From Candidatus Bathyarchaeota archaeon (GTDB lineage Archaea; Thermoproteota; Bathyarchaeia; Bathyarchaeales; Bathycorpusculaceae), in contig CP070714.1 in NCBI GenBank assembly GCA_020350385.1, forward strand, positions 581,861 through 620,260: DNA of 38,400 nt, given 5' to 3'. The notes beneath the pieces were generated by a model. That model made no database searches and was not told the origin of the DNA. It saw only the letters and a list, made by a program, of their open reading frames with translations. Position numbers and translations under genes: made by a program. Shown here piece by piece: positions 9,659 through 18,769 of the stretch (positions within the stretch are counted from its first letter, which is position 1; each line of letters begins with the position of its first letter).

Positions 9659-9883
9659 AACCACAGTTGTATATACTTTACATATTTACATATAAGGTAT
9701 TTCGACGAAGTTTATCTCTCTTTTGTAGTCAATGAAAAGCCAGTGAAAAATTGAATGAAATCGTTGGAAGAGATGACCCGCGATGGTAACATTGATTACC
9801 GTTATACGCGATAACGGTTATAAAAAACAGTGTTAAGGGTTACTATTTGGAACCTCTTCATAACATGAAGTGATTTACGTTTC

Positions 9884-10927
9884 TTAGGAGCCTGCAATTG
9901 CCTTTCTTTTTCGCCGAGAAAGTTTCTTCAGTAATTTGAACGCGTACGTTGTGTCATCTATGGTTTTGGTACGCAAGACACCAGCTTTTTCTGCACTTGA
10001 GAAGAGTTCTTCGCCCTTTTCTGTGCGGATAATCGTGAACGTCCACCCATCTAATCCCAGACCGCCTACGGAAACATCAGCTAACTCAGAGCTAAAATCA
10101 TCACAAACGCTGCAGCTTTTTCGCGCATATTGCTTTATCTCACGTAGAGGAATTTCAGTAACTCCAGAGCCTGTAGTGACCAACATCTTTCCCTTAATGT
10201 TAATTTTTTTTATGTCGCCCAAATTGAGACCTAATTTTCCATGAATGTGATTTTCCATTAACCCTTTGTATGTGAAACATTCTGAACACATAAGTCCGAT
10301 CAGGAGTTTCAAGGGACGGGTATGCCTCTTCAAACCAGCCAGCTCCATTCTCCTAATGGCGTGAATTTGGCAGGGCGTTCCCACGAAGGCAACTTTGGTT
10401 TTTTTCTGCTTTAGCATATCAGTTAGAGCGAGGATGTTAGGCGAGCATGAATATCTTGTTCCAGCAGCCTCTATGAGCTCTTCCGCAGTTGTGGCTAGCA
10501 TCGGAGCAGGGTAAAAAGGCTTTTCCTTGTCTGTTCCTGCAACAATCGCACCGTCAATGAAACCATTTTTCAGAGCGAACAGCAATAACGCAGTGACGAC
10601 CCCTCCATCTTGACTAACTTTTGATATTCTGTCCTCCGTCGTTTGAGCTATAACCATTCTGCGGTGAATCCCAAACTCTTCTTCTGGTTTTCTTTCTCGG
10701 CCGAACACAAAGTTCTCCACGTTTGCCGCCGTCCACTGGTATCTAGGACAAGCCTGAGCGCAGATTCCGCAGATTTTGCATTCCTTTATCAAGCCGGGTT
10801 TTTCTTTTGTCAATTCTAAACAGTCAAAAGGGCAGACGACGACACATGTGCCGCAGCTAACACATTTCCCCGCTTCAATAACTTCACTTGTCAAAGAAGC
10901 TTCAAAACTAATTTTGTTGGAACTCAT
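9884..10927 (-). CDS. coenzyme F420 hydrogenase/dehydrogenase beta-subunit family protein (FrhB/FpoF-like) with N-terminal 2x[4Fe-4S] ferredoxin
   Basis: Two CxxCxxCxxxCP motifs, then QDGGVVT, GTPCQ, IGLMC, C..C.DF..ELADVSVG. Start moved to ATG 10927. Confidence 0.9.
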   Translation of the reverse strand: MSSNKISFEASLTSEVIEAGKCVSCGTCVVVCPFDCLELTKEKPGLIKECKICGICAQACPRYQWTAANVENFVFGRERKPEEEFGIHRRMVIAQTTEDRISKVSQDGGVVTALLLFALKNGFIDGAIVAGTDKEKPFYPAPMLATTAEELIEAAGTRYSCSPNILALTDMLKQKKTKVAFVGTPCQIHAIRRMELAGLKRHTRPLKLLIGLMCSECFTYKGLMENHIHGKLGLNLGDIKKINIKGKMLVTTGSGVTEIPLREIKQYARKSCSVCDDFSSELADVSVGGLGLDGWTFTIIRTEKGEELFSSAEKAGVLRTKTIDDTTYAFKLLKKLSRRKRKAIAGS

Positions 10928-11014
10928 GCCGATAACATAAGTGTACGTCAATATATAAACTTGAAGAAATGCAAATTTTGACCCAAATACAGAACTTTGG
11001 TAATAAGTAACATA

Positions 11015-12193
11015 CTACTGCATTTCTGCGCATCCGAAAAGTGCGGTTATTCTTTTGCAGGCTTCGATTATCCGCTCTTTCGGTTGAGTTAAAGAGAACC
11101 TTACATAATTTTCTCCGTGTTCACCGAAGCCTATTCCAGGTGTCACCGCTACGCCGGCGCTGAGGAGTCTAGTTGCAAATTTTACCGAGTCGGACCTACA
11201 GTTTAGCCAAACGTAAAATGTGGCTTTCGGCTTGTCACACTTGAAGCCAACGGAACGCAAATACTCAACAAGCACATCCCTTCTTTCGGCGTATATTTGA
11301 TTGTTTTTCTTGAGGAAATCTGGCGGTTCATCGCTCTTGTATGTTGCTAAAGCTTTGGCAGCTACCTTTTGGATGTAAAGAGGCGGTCCCGAGTCGATTT
11401 GCGATTTGACTTTTGCGAGTCCGTTTATTAATTGCTTGTTTCCCACGGCGAAAGCTATTCTGTCTCCCATCATGTTGAAGGTTTTTGAGCATGAGTGAAA
11501 CTCGACCGCCACTTCCATAGCACCATCAACTTCGAGGATGCTAGGCGCCCTATAGCCGTTGAAAGTTACCTCTGAATATGCATTGTCGTAGCACAAGATG
11601 ATGTTGTTTTCTCGGGCAAATTCAACAGCTTGTTTTAGGAATTTCTTTTCCACCGTGGCGCTTGTTGGATTATTCGGATAGTTTAGAAACATCAGCTTTA
11701 CTTTTTCTGGATGGACAGCTTCGAGGTCTGGTTTGAAGCCATTTTCTTGAAGCAACGGCATTGCAATGGGAATCCCATCGTTTAGTATGGTGCTACCGTT
11801 ATTGTAAACTGGATAGCTTGGGTTAGGTACAAGAACATGGTCACCTGCGTTCACGAATGCTCTAGGGATGTTCGATAAGCCTTCCTTTGAGCCTAAAAGA
11901 GCAATAACTTCATCTTGGCTAATGTCGATGTGGAACCGTTTCTTGCACCAGTCTGCAACTGCGTGCCGAAAGTCCAATTCGCCTTGACTGAGGGAGTACT
12001 GGTGGCTCTTCAGATTCACTACTTCTTCTTTAAGGGCAGCGATAACTAAGGGTGGCGGGGGAAGGTCAGGGTCACCTATACTTAAAGAGATCAGGTCTAC
12101 GCCTTGCGCCTTTTTTTCTTTGATCACTTTCTCTATTTCGGCGAAGAGATATGGCGGAAGCCTTTTTACTCTATCAGCAAATTCAAAGTTCAT
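11015..12193 (-). CDS. dapL: LL-diaminopimelate aminotransferase
   Basis: Class I PLP enzyme: RVKRLPPYLFAEI, IGDPD, GSKEG, NYPNNPT, DNAYSE, SKTFNM.G.R. Last gene of the dap operon; start moved to ATG 12193. Confidence 0.88.
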   Translation of the reverse strand: MNFEFADRVKRLPPYLFAEIEKVIKEKKAQGVDLISLSIGDPDLPPPPLVIAALKEEVVNLKSHQYSLSQGELDFRHAVADWCKKRFHIDISQDEVIALLGSKEGLSNIPRAFVNAGDHVLVPNPSYPVYNNGSTILNDGIPIAMPLLQENGFKPDLEAVHPEKVKLMFLNYPNNPTSATVEKKFLKQAVEFARENNIILCYDNAYSEVTFNGYRAPSILEVDGAMEVAVEFHSCSKTFNMMGDRIAFAVGNKQLINGLAKVKSQIDSGPPLYIQKVAAKALATYKSDEPPDFLKKNNQIYAERRDVLVEYLRSVGFKCDKPKATFYVWLNCRSDSVKFATRLLSAGVAVTPGIGFGEHGENYVRFSLTQPKERIIEACKRITALFGCAEMQ

Positions 12194-12209
12194 TTTGTGT
12201 TCACTTTCC

Positions 12210-13043
12210 TTAAAACAGTGTTCCCTCAAAAACTTTTTCTGCGGGACCATTTAGGAACAAATGTTCTGCGTATTCTACTTCCAAATCGCCGCCTAGCAAA
12301 TGAACCCGAACTTTATTTCCAAGCTTTCTAAACAAGTTTCCTGCAGCGACGGCTGCGCAGGCTCCTGTGCCGCAGGCCAGGGTTTCTCCACAACCCCGCT
12401 CCCACACCCGCACTTTCAGCTCATTGCTGTTCAAAACTTGAACGAATTCCACGTTTGTTTTCTTTGGGAAAAGACAGTGGCTCTCGATTTTCGGTCCAAC
12501 ACACTGTACTGGAAAATTTTCTAATGCATCAACGAATGTAACGCAGTGAGGGTTTCCAACCGAGAGGCAGGTTACTTCGTATTTCTCTCCGTTGACTTGC
12601 AAATCTTCGTTTATGCATGTGCCTCGACCAAGCATCGGAATCTTGCTTCTCTCCAGCACCGGAGGCCCCATGTCGACCCTCACCGATGTAACCAAGTCAT
12701 TTTCAAGGGTTAACCACGTCCGTTTTATGCCTGCCAACGTTTCCACAGTCAACTCGTGCTTTCGGACAATGTTGTTTTCGTAGCAGTACTTGGCGAAGCA
12801 GCGGATGCCATTGCCGCACATTTCAGCTTCGCTTCCGTCAGCGTTGAAAATTCGCATTTTCACATCTGCTTCGGCTGAGTTTGACGCTAGCAGAAGACCA
12901 TCCGCGCCAACTGAAAATCTCCTTTTACAGAGTTTTCGAGCCAGCTTAGCTGCCTCAGCATTGCTTATTTTCTCATTTCTGTTGTCGATTACGAAATAGT
13001 CGTTGCCTAAACCGTGCATCTTCCAAAATTTCATTACCCTCAC
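12210..13043 (-). CDS. dapF: diaminopimelate epimerase
   Basis: KMHGLGNDY, NADGSEAEMCGNGIRC, GNPH, WERGCGETLACGTGACA. Confidence 0.97.
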   Translation of the reverse strand: MRVMKFWKMHGLGNDYFVIDNRNEKISNAEAAKLARKLCKRRFSVGADGLLLASNSAEADVKMRIFNADGSEAEMCGNGIRCFAKYCYENNIVRKHELTVETLAGIKRTWLTLENDLVTSVRVDMGPPVLERSKIPMLGRGTCINEDLQVNGEKYEVTCLSVGNPHCVTFVDALENFPVQCVGPKIESHCLFPKKTNVEFVQVLNSNELKVRVWERGCGETLACGTGACAAVAAGNLFRKLGNKVRVHLLGGDLEVEYAEHLFLNGPAEKVFEGTLF

Positions 13044-14335
13044 TTCGCTATTCGCTGACCAGAAATTAAATCGTCCAATTCTTCGCGTTCTCTGACTAAA
13101 GTGTATTTTCCTTTCTTAACAAGCACCTCTGCAGCTCTCGGTCTAGCGTTATACTGTGAACTCATGGCAAAGCCATATGCTCCAGCGTTCAGAACCGCCA
13201 GCAAATCGCCCTCTTGAATCTTCGGCAACCGTCTGTCCTTAGCTAACACGTCACCTGACTCGCATATAGGTCCAACAACATCGTATGTGTCTTTTTCTGG
13301 AGAATCCAATTTATTCGCAACGAGCACTTGATGATAAGATCCATACATAGTGGGCCTAATCAAAGTGTTGAATCCCGCATCAACTCCGACAAACTTCTTG
13401 AAGGGCGTCTTTTTCATCGTGTTCACAGCGGTTAACAGGATGCTTGCGTCATAGACTACGTATCGACCAGGCTCCACACAGAAAAACGGTTTTCCAAGAT
13501 TGTATTCGTCGACTCTGCTTTTGAACAAGGACAGCACTTCCTCAGAGAAAAGGGTCAAATCCAACTCTTTGTCCTCTGGTTTGTAGGGCACTCCAAGCCC
13601 GCCGCCCATGTTAACAAACTCGAAGCCTATTTTGCTTTTGTCGTGAACCTTTTTGGCTATGCTCAAAAGCTTTTGAAGCGCCAAGACGAAAGGCTCAACG
13701 TCGAGAACACCTGAGCCCACGTGCATGTGTATTCCGAACCGCGTGACGCCCGCTTTTTTGGCTGTCGCATACGCTTTTAACACTTCTTTTTCCCATAGGC
13801 CAAATTTTGATTGCTTGCCTGCTGTAATGCAGTGACTGTGATGGCCTGCACCTATCTCTGGGTTAACCCTCACAGACAAAATGTTGGGAACCGCTATCTT
13901 TAGCAGTCTGTCTAATTGAGACAGGGAGTCAACATTCACGGTTACATTGGAGCCAGCGAGAAATTTTAACTCGTCAGTTCTGACGCTTGTTCCAGTAAAA
14001 AGTATGCGTTCTGGCGTAAATCCGCTTTTTAAAGCCATAAAAACTTCGCCGGGGCTGACTGCGTCTAAATGCGCACCTTCGGTTTCTAGGATTCTCAGCA
14101 CAGATAGGTTCGAATTAGCCTTTGCTGCGTAATAGAGCCTTACTTTTTCGTAGTTGCAGGTAAGCGCTTCGTGAAGGCGTTTATAGTTTTCTCTGATTCG
14201 ACTTTCGCTGATTACGTATAGCGGCGTATCAAATTTCTCAGTCAATTTTCTGGTAGAAACGCCGTCAAAGTAAAGTGTTCCCTTTCGATTCTCCAATGGT
14301 TCTCGAAGTTTCTGTGCTTTTTTAACCATAGCCAC
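13040..14335 (-). CDS. lysA: diaminopimelate decarboxylase
   Basis: YAAKAN PLP lysine, SKFG, HMHVGS, GGGLG, EPGRY, GPICESGD, GAYGFAMSSQYN. Confidence 0.97.
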   Translation of the reverse strand: MAMVKKAQKLREPLENRKGTLYFDGVSTRKLTEKFDTPLYVISESRIRENYKRLHEALTCNYEKVRLYYAAKANSNLSVLRILETEGAHLDAVSPGEVFMALKSGFTPERILFTGTSVRTDELKFLAGSNVTVNVDSLSQLDRLLKIAVPNILSVRVNPEIGAGHHSHCITAGKQSKFGLWEKEVLKAYATAKKAGVTRFGIHMHVGSGVLDVEPFVLALQKLLSIAKKVHDKSKIGFEFVNMGGGLGVPYKPEDKELDLTLFSEEVLSLFKSRVDEYNLGKPFFCVEPGRYVVYDASILLTAVNTMKKTPFKKFVGVDAGFNTLIRPTMYGSYHQVLVANKLDSPEKDTYDVVGPICESGDVLAKDRRLPKIQEGDLLAVLNAGAYGFAMSSQYNARPRAAEVLVKKGKYTLVREREELDDLISGQRIAK

Positions 14336-14369
14336 ATCTCCTCTCTAGGGTGAGTTGCCGAGTTGCCCT

Positions 14370-15428
14370 TTAGGCTAGCCCTTTTGCTATCATGAGCTCA
14401 GCGCTGAGGATACCTCCCCCTGCGGCTCCTCGGATAGTGTTGTGCCCCAAGCACATGTACTTGAGCGTCATGATAGAGTCGTTCCGAATTCTTCCAACTA
14501 CGACACTCATGCCTTTGCCTTCTTGTCTATCGATTCGGGGTTGAGGTCTGTTTGGCTCCTTTCGTACCACGATTGGGTTTTCTGGAGCTGAAGGAAGTTT
14601 CAGTTTTTGCGGTTCGCCTTTAAACTTTCTGAAGGCTTCTTCAATCTCATCCACAGAGGGGTTCTCGCCAAGCTTCACGAATACGGATTCCAAATGCCCG
14701 TCTTTAACATTTACTCTATTGCAACTCGCGCTAAGAACGAAATTGGCATTGCGTACGAAATTGCCGTCGAACGTGCCCAGAATCTTCAGGGGTTCGCATT
14801 CAAGTTTCTCTTCTTCCTTAGAAATGAAAGGAACAACGTTATCAATGATGTCCAACGACGCCACGCCTGGGTATCCGGCGCCGCTTAGGGCTTGCATGGT
14901 TGAAACTATAACTTGCCTGAGGCCGAATTTCATAAGAGGCTTCAGCGTCATCGCCAATTGAATCGTAGAGCAGTTGGGGTCTGTTGATATGAAGCCGTTC
15001 CAGCCTCTCGCCTTCTTCTGGATTGGAATGAGGGCAACATGGTCAGGATTCACTTCCGGTATGATAAGAGGAACGTCGCTATCCATTCGGTGTGCACTTG
15101 CTTTGCTGAATACTGGATATACAGCGGCGAATTCTGTTTCAACTGGCCCTGCCAAGTCGCCTGGTAAGGCTGAGAAGACAATGTCTATGTTACCTGCTTT
15201 TTCAACTGATTCCACATCAGTGTGCGCTACGTGCATTTCGGCAATTTCTCTTGGCAGGTTTGATTCCATGGTCCAGGAGCAGGCTTCTTTGTATTTTTTG
15301 CCAGCGGACCTTTCTGAGGCTGCAAGCACTTCGATTTTGAAATACGGGTGCCCCTGCAACAGCTGAATGAACCTTTGCCCAACGGCTCCCGTTGCGCCTA
15401 ATATGGCTACTTTACGGTTCGAAGACAT
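14370..15428 (-). CDS. asd: aspartate-semialdehyde dehydrogenase (archaeal/fungal type)
   Basis: GATGAVGQRF, PNCST, QALSGAG, CNRV.V.DGH, RPQPR, HNTIRGAAG. Confidence 0.97.
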   Translation of the reverse strand: MSSNRKVAILGATGAVGQRFIQLLQGHPYFKIEVLAASERSAGKKYKEACSWTMESNLPREIAEMHVAHTDVESVEKAGNIDIVFSALPGDLAGPVETEFAAVYPVFSKASAHRMDSDVPLIIPEVNPDHVALIPIQKKARGWNGFISTDPNCSTIQLAMTLKPLMKFGLRQVIVSTMQALSGAGYPGVASLDIIDNVVPFISKEEEKLECEPLKILGTFDGNFVRNANFVLSASCNRVNVKDGHLESVFVKLGENPSVDEIEEAFRKFKGEPQKLKLPSAPENPIVVRKEPNRPQPRIDRQEGKGMSVVVGRIRNDSIMTLKYMCLGHNTIRGAAGGGILSAELMIAKGLA

Positions 15429-16593
15429 TACTTATAGCTTCCTTTGCTCTTTTGAGTTGACTTTCTTCGATAAAAATATTAATGGTCGCCTTGCTAGTTG
15501 TGATTTCAATTATGTTGATGCCATGTTGGCTGAGTGCACTGGAGATTTTCGCAACGCCTCCGGGCGAGTCAATAAACATGGGGTGAATCATTTGAAGCAT
15601 TGCCACGTTTTCCCTATGGCTTATTGCCTTGAAGCATTGTGCGCGGTGAAGCCTGTTTATGACTTCGTTGACTTTGCCGTCAGAAGTGAAGACGGTGATT
15701 GATTTTCCTCCTGAACTGACGCCGTAAACTGGGTTTTGGCTGAGCGCCTGAAAAATCTCCTTTAGGTTTTTCGTATTGACCTCGCAAACGACGTTAATGG
15801 CCAGCAAGCCTTCGTGGCTACTGATTTCTGCTGAGTTGAGTGTGAAGGACCCTATAATTTCAGTACCGTCATGGACGAAACTGCCAGAGGAGAAGTCAAT
15901 TATTCTAAGCGTTTGGTTTGGCAACTTGTATTTTAGGGCTTCGGGCTTCACGATTTTTGCACCTCCTTGGGCGAGGTCGAACATTTCGTGTATGTCCAGT
16001 TTGTTGAGCGGCCTAGCCTCGGGGACTATTTTGGGGTCTGCTGAAAGAACGCCGCTTGTCTCTTTGACTAGTATTACCTCGTCAGCGTTTAGGCATTTTG
16101 CGAGTAACACGGCGGTTGTATCGCTTCCGCCGCGTCCGAGAGTGGTGACATTGCCATTGCTGTCTTTTCCGAGGAATCCACAGACCACAGGTATGGCTGT
16201 GCCTAGGAGCGGCGCTAGGAATTTCTGCGCCAGAAGTGTGGTTTTTTCCACATCAGGTACTGCGTCGCGGAAGTTGGAGTTGGTTATTATGGGCCAGTTG
16301 TCGTTGGCTGGGTCGAAGGGTTCAGCTTTGGCGCCTATTTTTTTTAGGGCGCTGGAGAATATGCGGGCGCTTGTTCGTTCGCCCATAGAAATGATTTCCG
16401 CATAATCAGCGTCGTTAATGTTGCCTATTTGGGAAACTGTGTTAACAAGGCTGTCGGTCATTTTGCCCATAGCCGAGACTACAACTACTATTTCTTTGTA
16501 CGGCGCTTCGGCAACCATTTTGGCTGCATGTTGGATTTTTTCGCCGTTGGAGAGGATAGCTCCACCGAACTTGATTACAACTCTGTTGCCCAC
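15412..16593 (-). CDS. lysC: aspartate kinase (lysine operon copy)
   Basis: VIKFGG, VVVVSAMG, TLGRGGSDTTA, ADPKIV, C-terminal ACT. Start moved to GTG 16593 (GGTGA RBS), which removes the overlap with dapB. Confidence 0.9.
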   Translation of the reverse strand: MGNRVVIKFGGAILSNGEKIQHAAKMVAEAPYKEIVVVVSAMGKMTDSLVNTVSQIGNINDADYAEIISMGERTSARIFSSALKKIGAKAEPFDPANDNWPIITNSNFRDAVPDVEKTTLLAQKFLAPLLGTAIPVVCGFLGKDSNGNVTTLGRGGSDTTAVLLAKCLNADEVILVKETSGVLSADPKIVPEARPLNKLDIHEMFDLAQGGAKIVKPEALKYKLPNQTLRIIDFSSGSFVHDGTEIIGSFTLNSAEISSHEGLLAINVVCEVNTKNLKEIFQALSQNPVYGVSSGGKSITVFTSDGKVNEVINRLHRAQCFKAISHRENVAMLQMIHPMFIDSPGGVAKISSALSQHGINIIEITTSKATINIFIEESQLKRAKEAISNVFEP

Positions 16594-16610
16594 AGGGTTT
16601 TCACCGATTT

Positions 16611-17405
16611 CTAGGAAAGGCCGAGGACGTCTTCCATGCTGAAGATTCGGGTTTGGTCTTGCCTGTTTATCCATTCTGCGGCGTACACTGCGCCTTGTGC
16701 AAACACGCTACGTGAGAAAGCGGTGTGCTCTACACGGAGCATTTCGTATGGACCAGCGACTATGAGGTCATGGATGCCTGGGACGCCGCCTGCGCGTAAC
16801 GCGGTGATTTCGAGTTCTTCGGGTTGACGGGGGCTGGTGCCTTCTCTGCCGTATACGGTTCGGGTGTAGCCGCGTGTATCCGTGATTATTTGGCCTAGTT
16901 TCTTAGCAGTTCCGCTTGGTGCGTCTTTCTTGCCTGTGTGGTGGATTTCGCTTATGCTGAAGTTGTATTCCTGCGGAAACGATTTTAGGGATTGAGCGAG
17001 TTTGAAGAGGATGTTTATGCCTACGGAGAAGTTGGGTGAGAAGACGGCTGGAACCCTACCCAAAACTGCCTCGCGCAGTTGCCGTGTTTGCTCTTCAGTG
17101 AAGCCCGTAGTGCCTAAGACTATTCGCTTGCCCAGCGCAGCAACCGGGGGTATGTTTTGCACTTCGGCGGCTGGCGCTGTAAATGTCACATAAACATCCG
17201 CGTCACTAACGGCTTCACTGATTCTATCAGAGCCTACAATTCGCGTGTCGCAGTGGCAGATGCCGAGTTCTCTGAGGCTTCTGCCTATGCAAGGATTGGC
17301 TGGCGCTTCGACGACGCCTGTTATCTGGTGGCCTTTTGCTGAGGCTTCGCGGATTACGGCGTTGCCCATTCTGCCTGCGGCGCCCGCCACGCATAGCCTA
17401 AGCAT
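16611..17405 (-). CDS. dapB: 4-hydroxy-tetrahydrodipicolinate reductase
   Basis: GAAGRMG, GTTG, PNFSVG, EIHHTGKKDAPSGTA, H.A.SR.VFA.GA. Confidence 0.97.
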   Translation of the reverse strand: MLRLCVAGAAGRMGNAVIREASAKGHQITGVVEAPANPCIGRSLRELGICHCDTRIVGSDRISEAVSDADVYVTFTAPAAEVQNIPPVAALGKRIVLGTTGFTEEQTRQLREAVLGRVPAVFSPNFSVGINILFKLAQSLKSFPQEYNFSISEIHHTGKKDAPSGTAKKLGQIITDTRGYTRTVYGREGTSPRQPEELEITALRAGGVPGIHDLIVAGPYEMLRVEHTAFSRSVFAQGAVYAAEWINRQDQTRIFSMEDVLGLS

Positions 17406-18435
17406 AGTAGAGCCCCTGCCAGAAGCGTTCTTTGTATAGGCGTTCTTGTAGGTTTACGCTGAAGAAGTCTTCAATGGGTCTGAGTATTGCTGGGTTGGTT
17501 TCGTAGACTCTTCTCGCGTTGGCGAGGACTATTTCAAGACCACTGCGGGACATTTTTCCAAGTGGCTGTCTACATTGGCCTGCAGGCATGCCTAAAATAT
17601 TCATCAGCGTTTTAAATGCTAAGGGGTTGCGGGCTTTGCAGGTTACTAGACCGAAGGGTGTCTGTTCTTCCGTTTTTACGGTGACTATGTTGAACAGCGG
17701 CTGTAGCGCTGAGCAGAGCCTGTTGGCTTCCTCTGTTCTGTGAGCGCGTATGACTTGCGTTAGGTTCTGCACTGCCCGTGGAGCGATGTTGGAGGCGACT
17801 GATACAACTCCTGCTGCGGCAATGTCGGGCGCGGTCATCATGGCAAATGTTTTGTCGTCGTCACCTGAGAGAATTGCAAAGTTGTCTCCACAGAGCTTCC
17901 GAGTTAAGCGCATGTTTTCCAAATTGCCTGTGGCTTCTTTGACGGCGCTGATATTTGGGTATTCCTGGTGCAGAACCGCTAAATCTTGAGGGTAGAGCTG
18001 AGTGCCTGTTCTGCCTGGAATGACGTAGGGGATGACTTGGACTTCTGTGAAGTGCTTGGCGACGGGTTCCACATATTCTCTGCGTATCTCCAGTGAGCTG
18101 GGCCCGTTATAGTAGGGATCAACTAGCAGAACACATTTCACGCCGATATGTGCAGCATGTTCTGTGCCGTTCATGGTTTCCTTGGTATTATTGCTGCCTG
18201 TGCCAGCTATAGTTAAGCCTTTGCTCCCAGTGTACTCATAAACTTTCTCGATTACTTTGTTGTGCTCGTTCCAGTCTAAGGTTGGGCTTTCGCCTGTTGT
18301 TCCAACGGCGAGAATTCCGCTGACGCCTTCTCTTATTTGGAATTCGACAAGACTCCGTAACCCTTCATAGTCCACTTGGCGATCCGGTGTCATGGGAGTT
18401 ACAAGGGCGGTATAGCAACCACTAAACACTACCAT
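17398..18435 (-). CDS. dapA: 4-hydroxy-tetrahydrodipicolinate synthase (long form)
   Basis: TALVTP, GTTGESPTL, PYYN, Y.IPGRTG, VKEATG, LSGDD, SVASN. Confidence 0.95.
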   Translation of the reverse strand: MVVFSGCYTALVTPMTPDRQVDYEGLRSLVEFQIREGVSGILAVGTTGESPTLDWNEHNKVIEKVYEYTGSKGLTIAGTGSNNTKETMNGTEHAAHIGVKCVLLVDPYYNGPSSLEIRREYVEPVAKHFTEVQVIPYVIPGRTGTQLYPQDLAVLHQEYPNISAVKEATGNLENMRLTRKLCGDNFAILSGDDDKTFAMMTAPDIAAAGVVSVASNIAPRAVQNLTQVIRAHRTEEANRLCSALQPLFNIVTVKTEEQTPFGLVTCKARNPLAFKTLMNILGMPAGQCRQPLGKMSRSGLEIVLANARRVYETNPAILRPIEDFFSVNLQERLYKERFWQGLYYA

Positions 18436-18477
18436 TTTACATACCTCATTTTGGAACTAGCGTATAGTGCTAACACA

Positions 18478-18523
18478 AATTTAAAGCTTTCCGTTTTTAG
18501 TAACCATTTTACGAATAACGTAA
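18478..18523 (-). promoter_or_regulatory. dap operon promoter (TATA/BRE) with two tandem Lrp-type 5-5-5 boxes
   Basis: Minus-strand TTTAAATT at 18478-18485 with purine-rich BRE. Plus-strand boxes TTCCG-TTTTT-AGTAA (18489-18503) and TTACG-AATAA-CGTAA (18509-18523, perfect inverted arms) lie 20 bp apart. Confidence 0.6.
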
Positions 18524-18769
18524 CATTATTTATGTGTGAATAATATATTGTTTCTGATTGTCACGATTTTCGCACCGAATGTCGGCAGAAAAAGCCATTG
18601 CTTCAAAGCTGAATGGACAATTCACTCGACACTTCAGTCTTTTTATAATGGAGGCTAATCATCATAGATCAATTAAATGACCAGATCTTTACGAAAACTC
18701 TTAAATGAGAGCGAGAAATAACTGAATCAATATTTGACTCATATTCACCAGACAAGGATGAAAATAAAA

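Noticed and set aside
15776..16405. 209-aa plus-strand ORF, and similar long antisense ORFs at 21956-22561, 28479-29054 and 31415-31978
   Set aside because: Antisense shadows of well-supported genes, with no motifs of their own.
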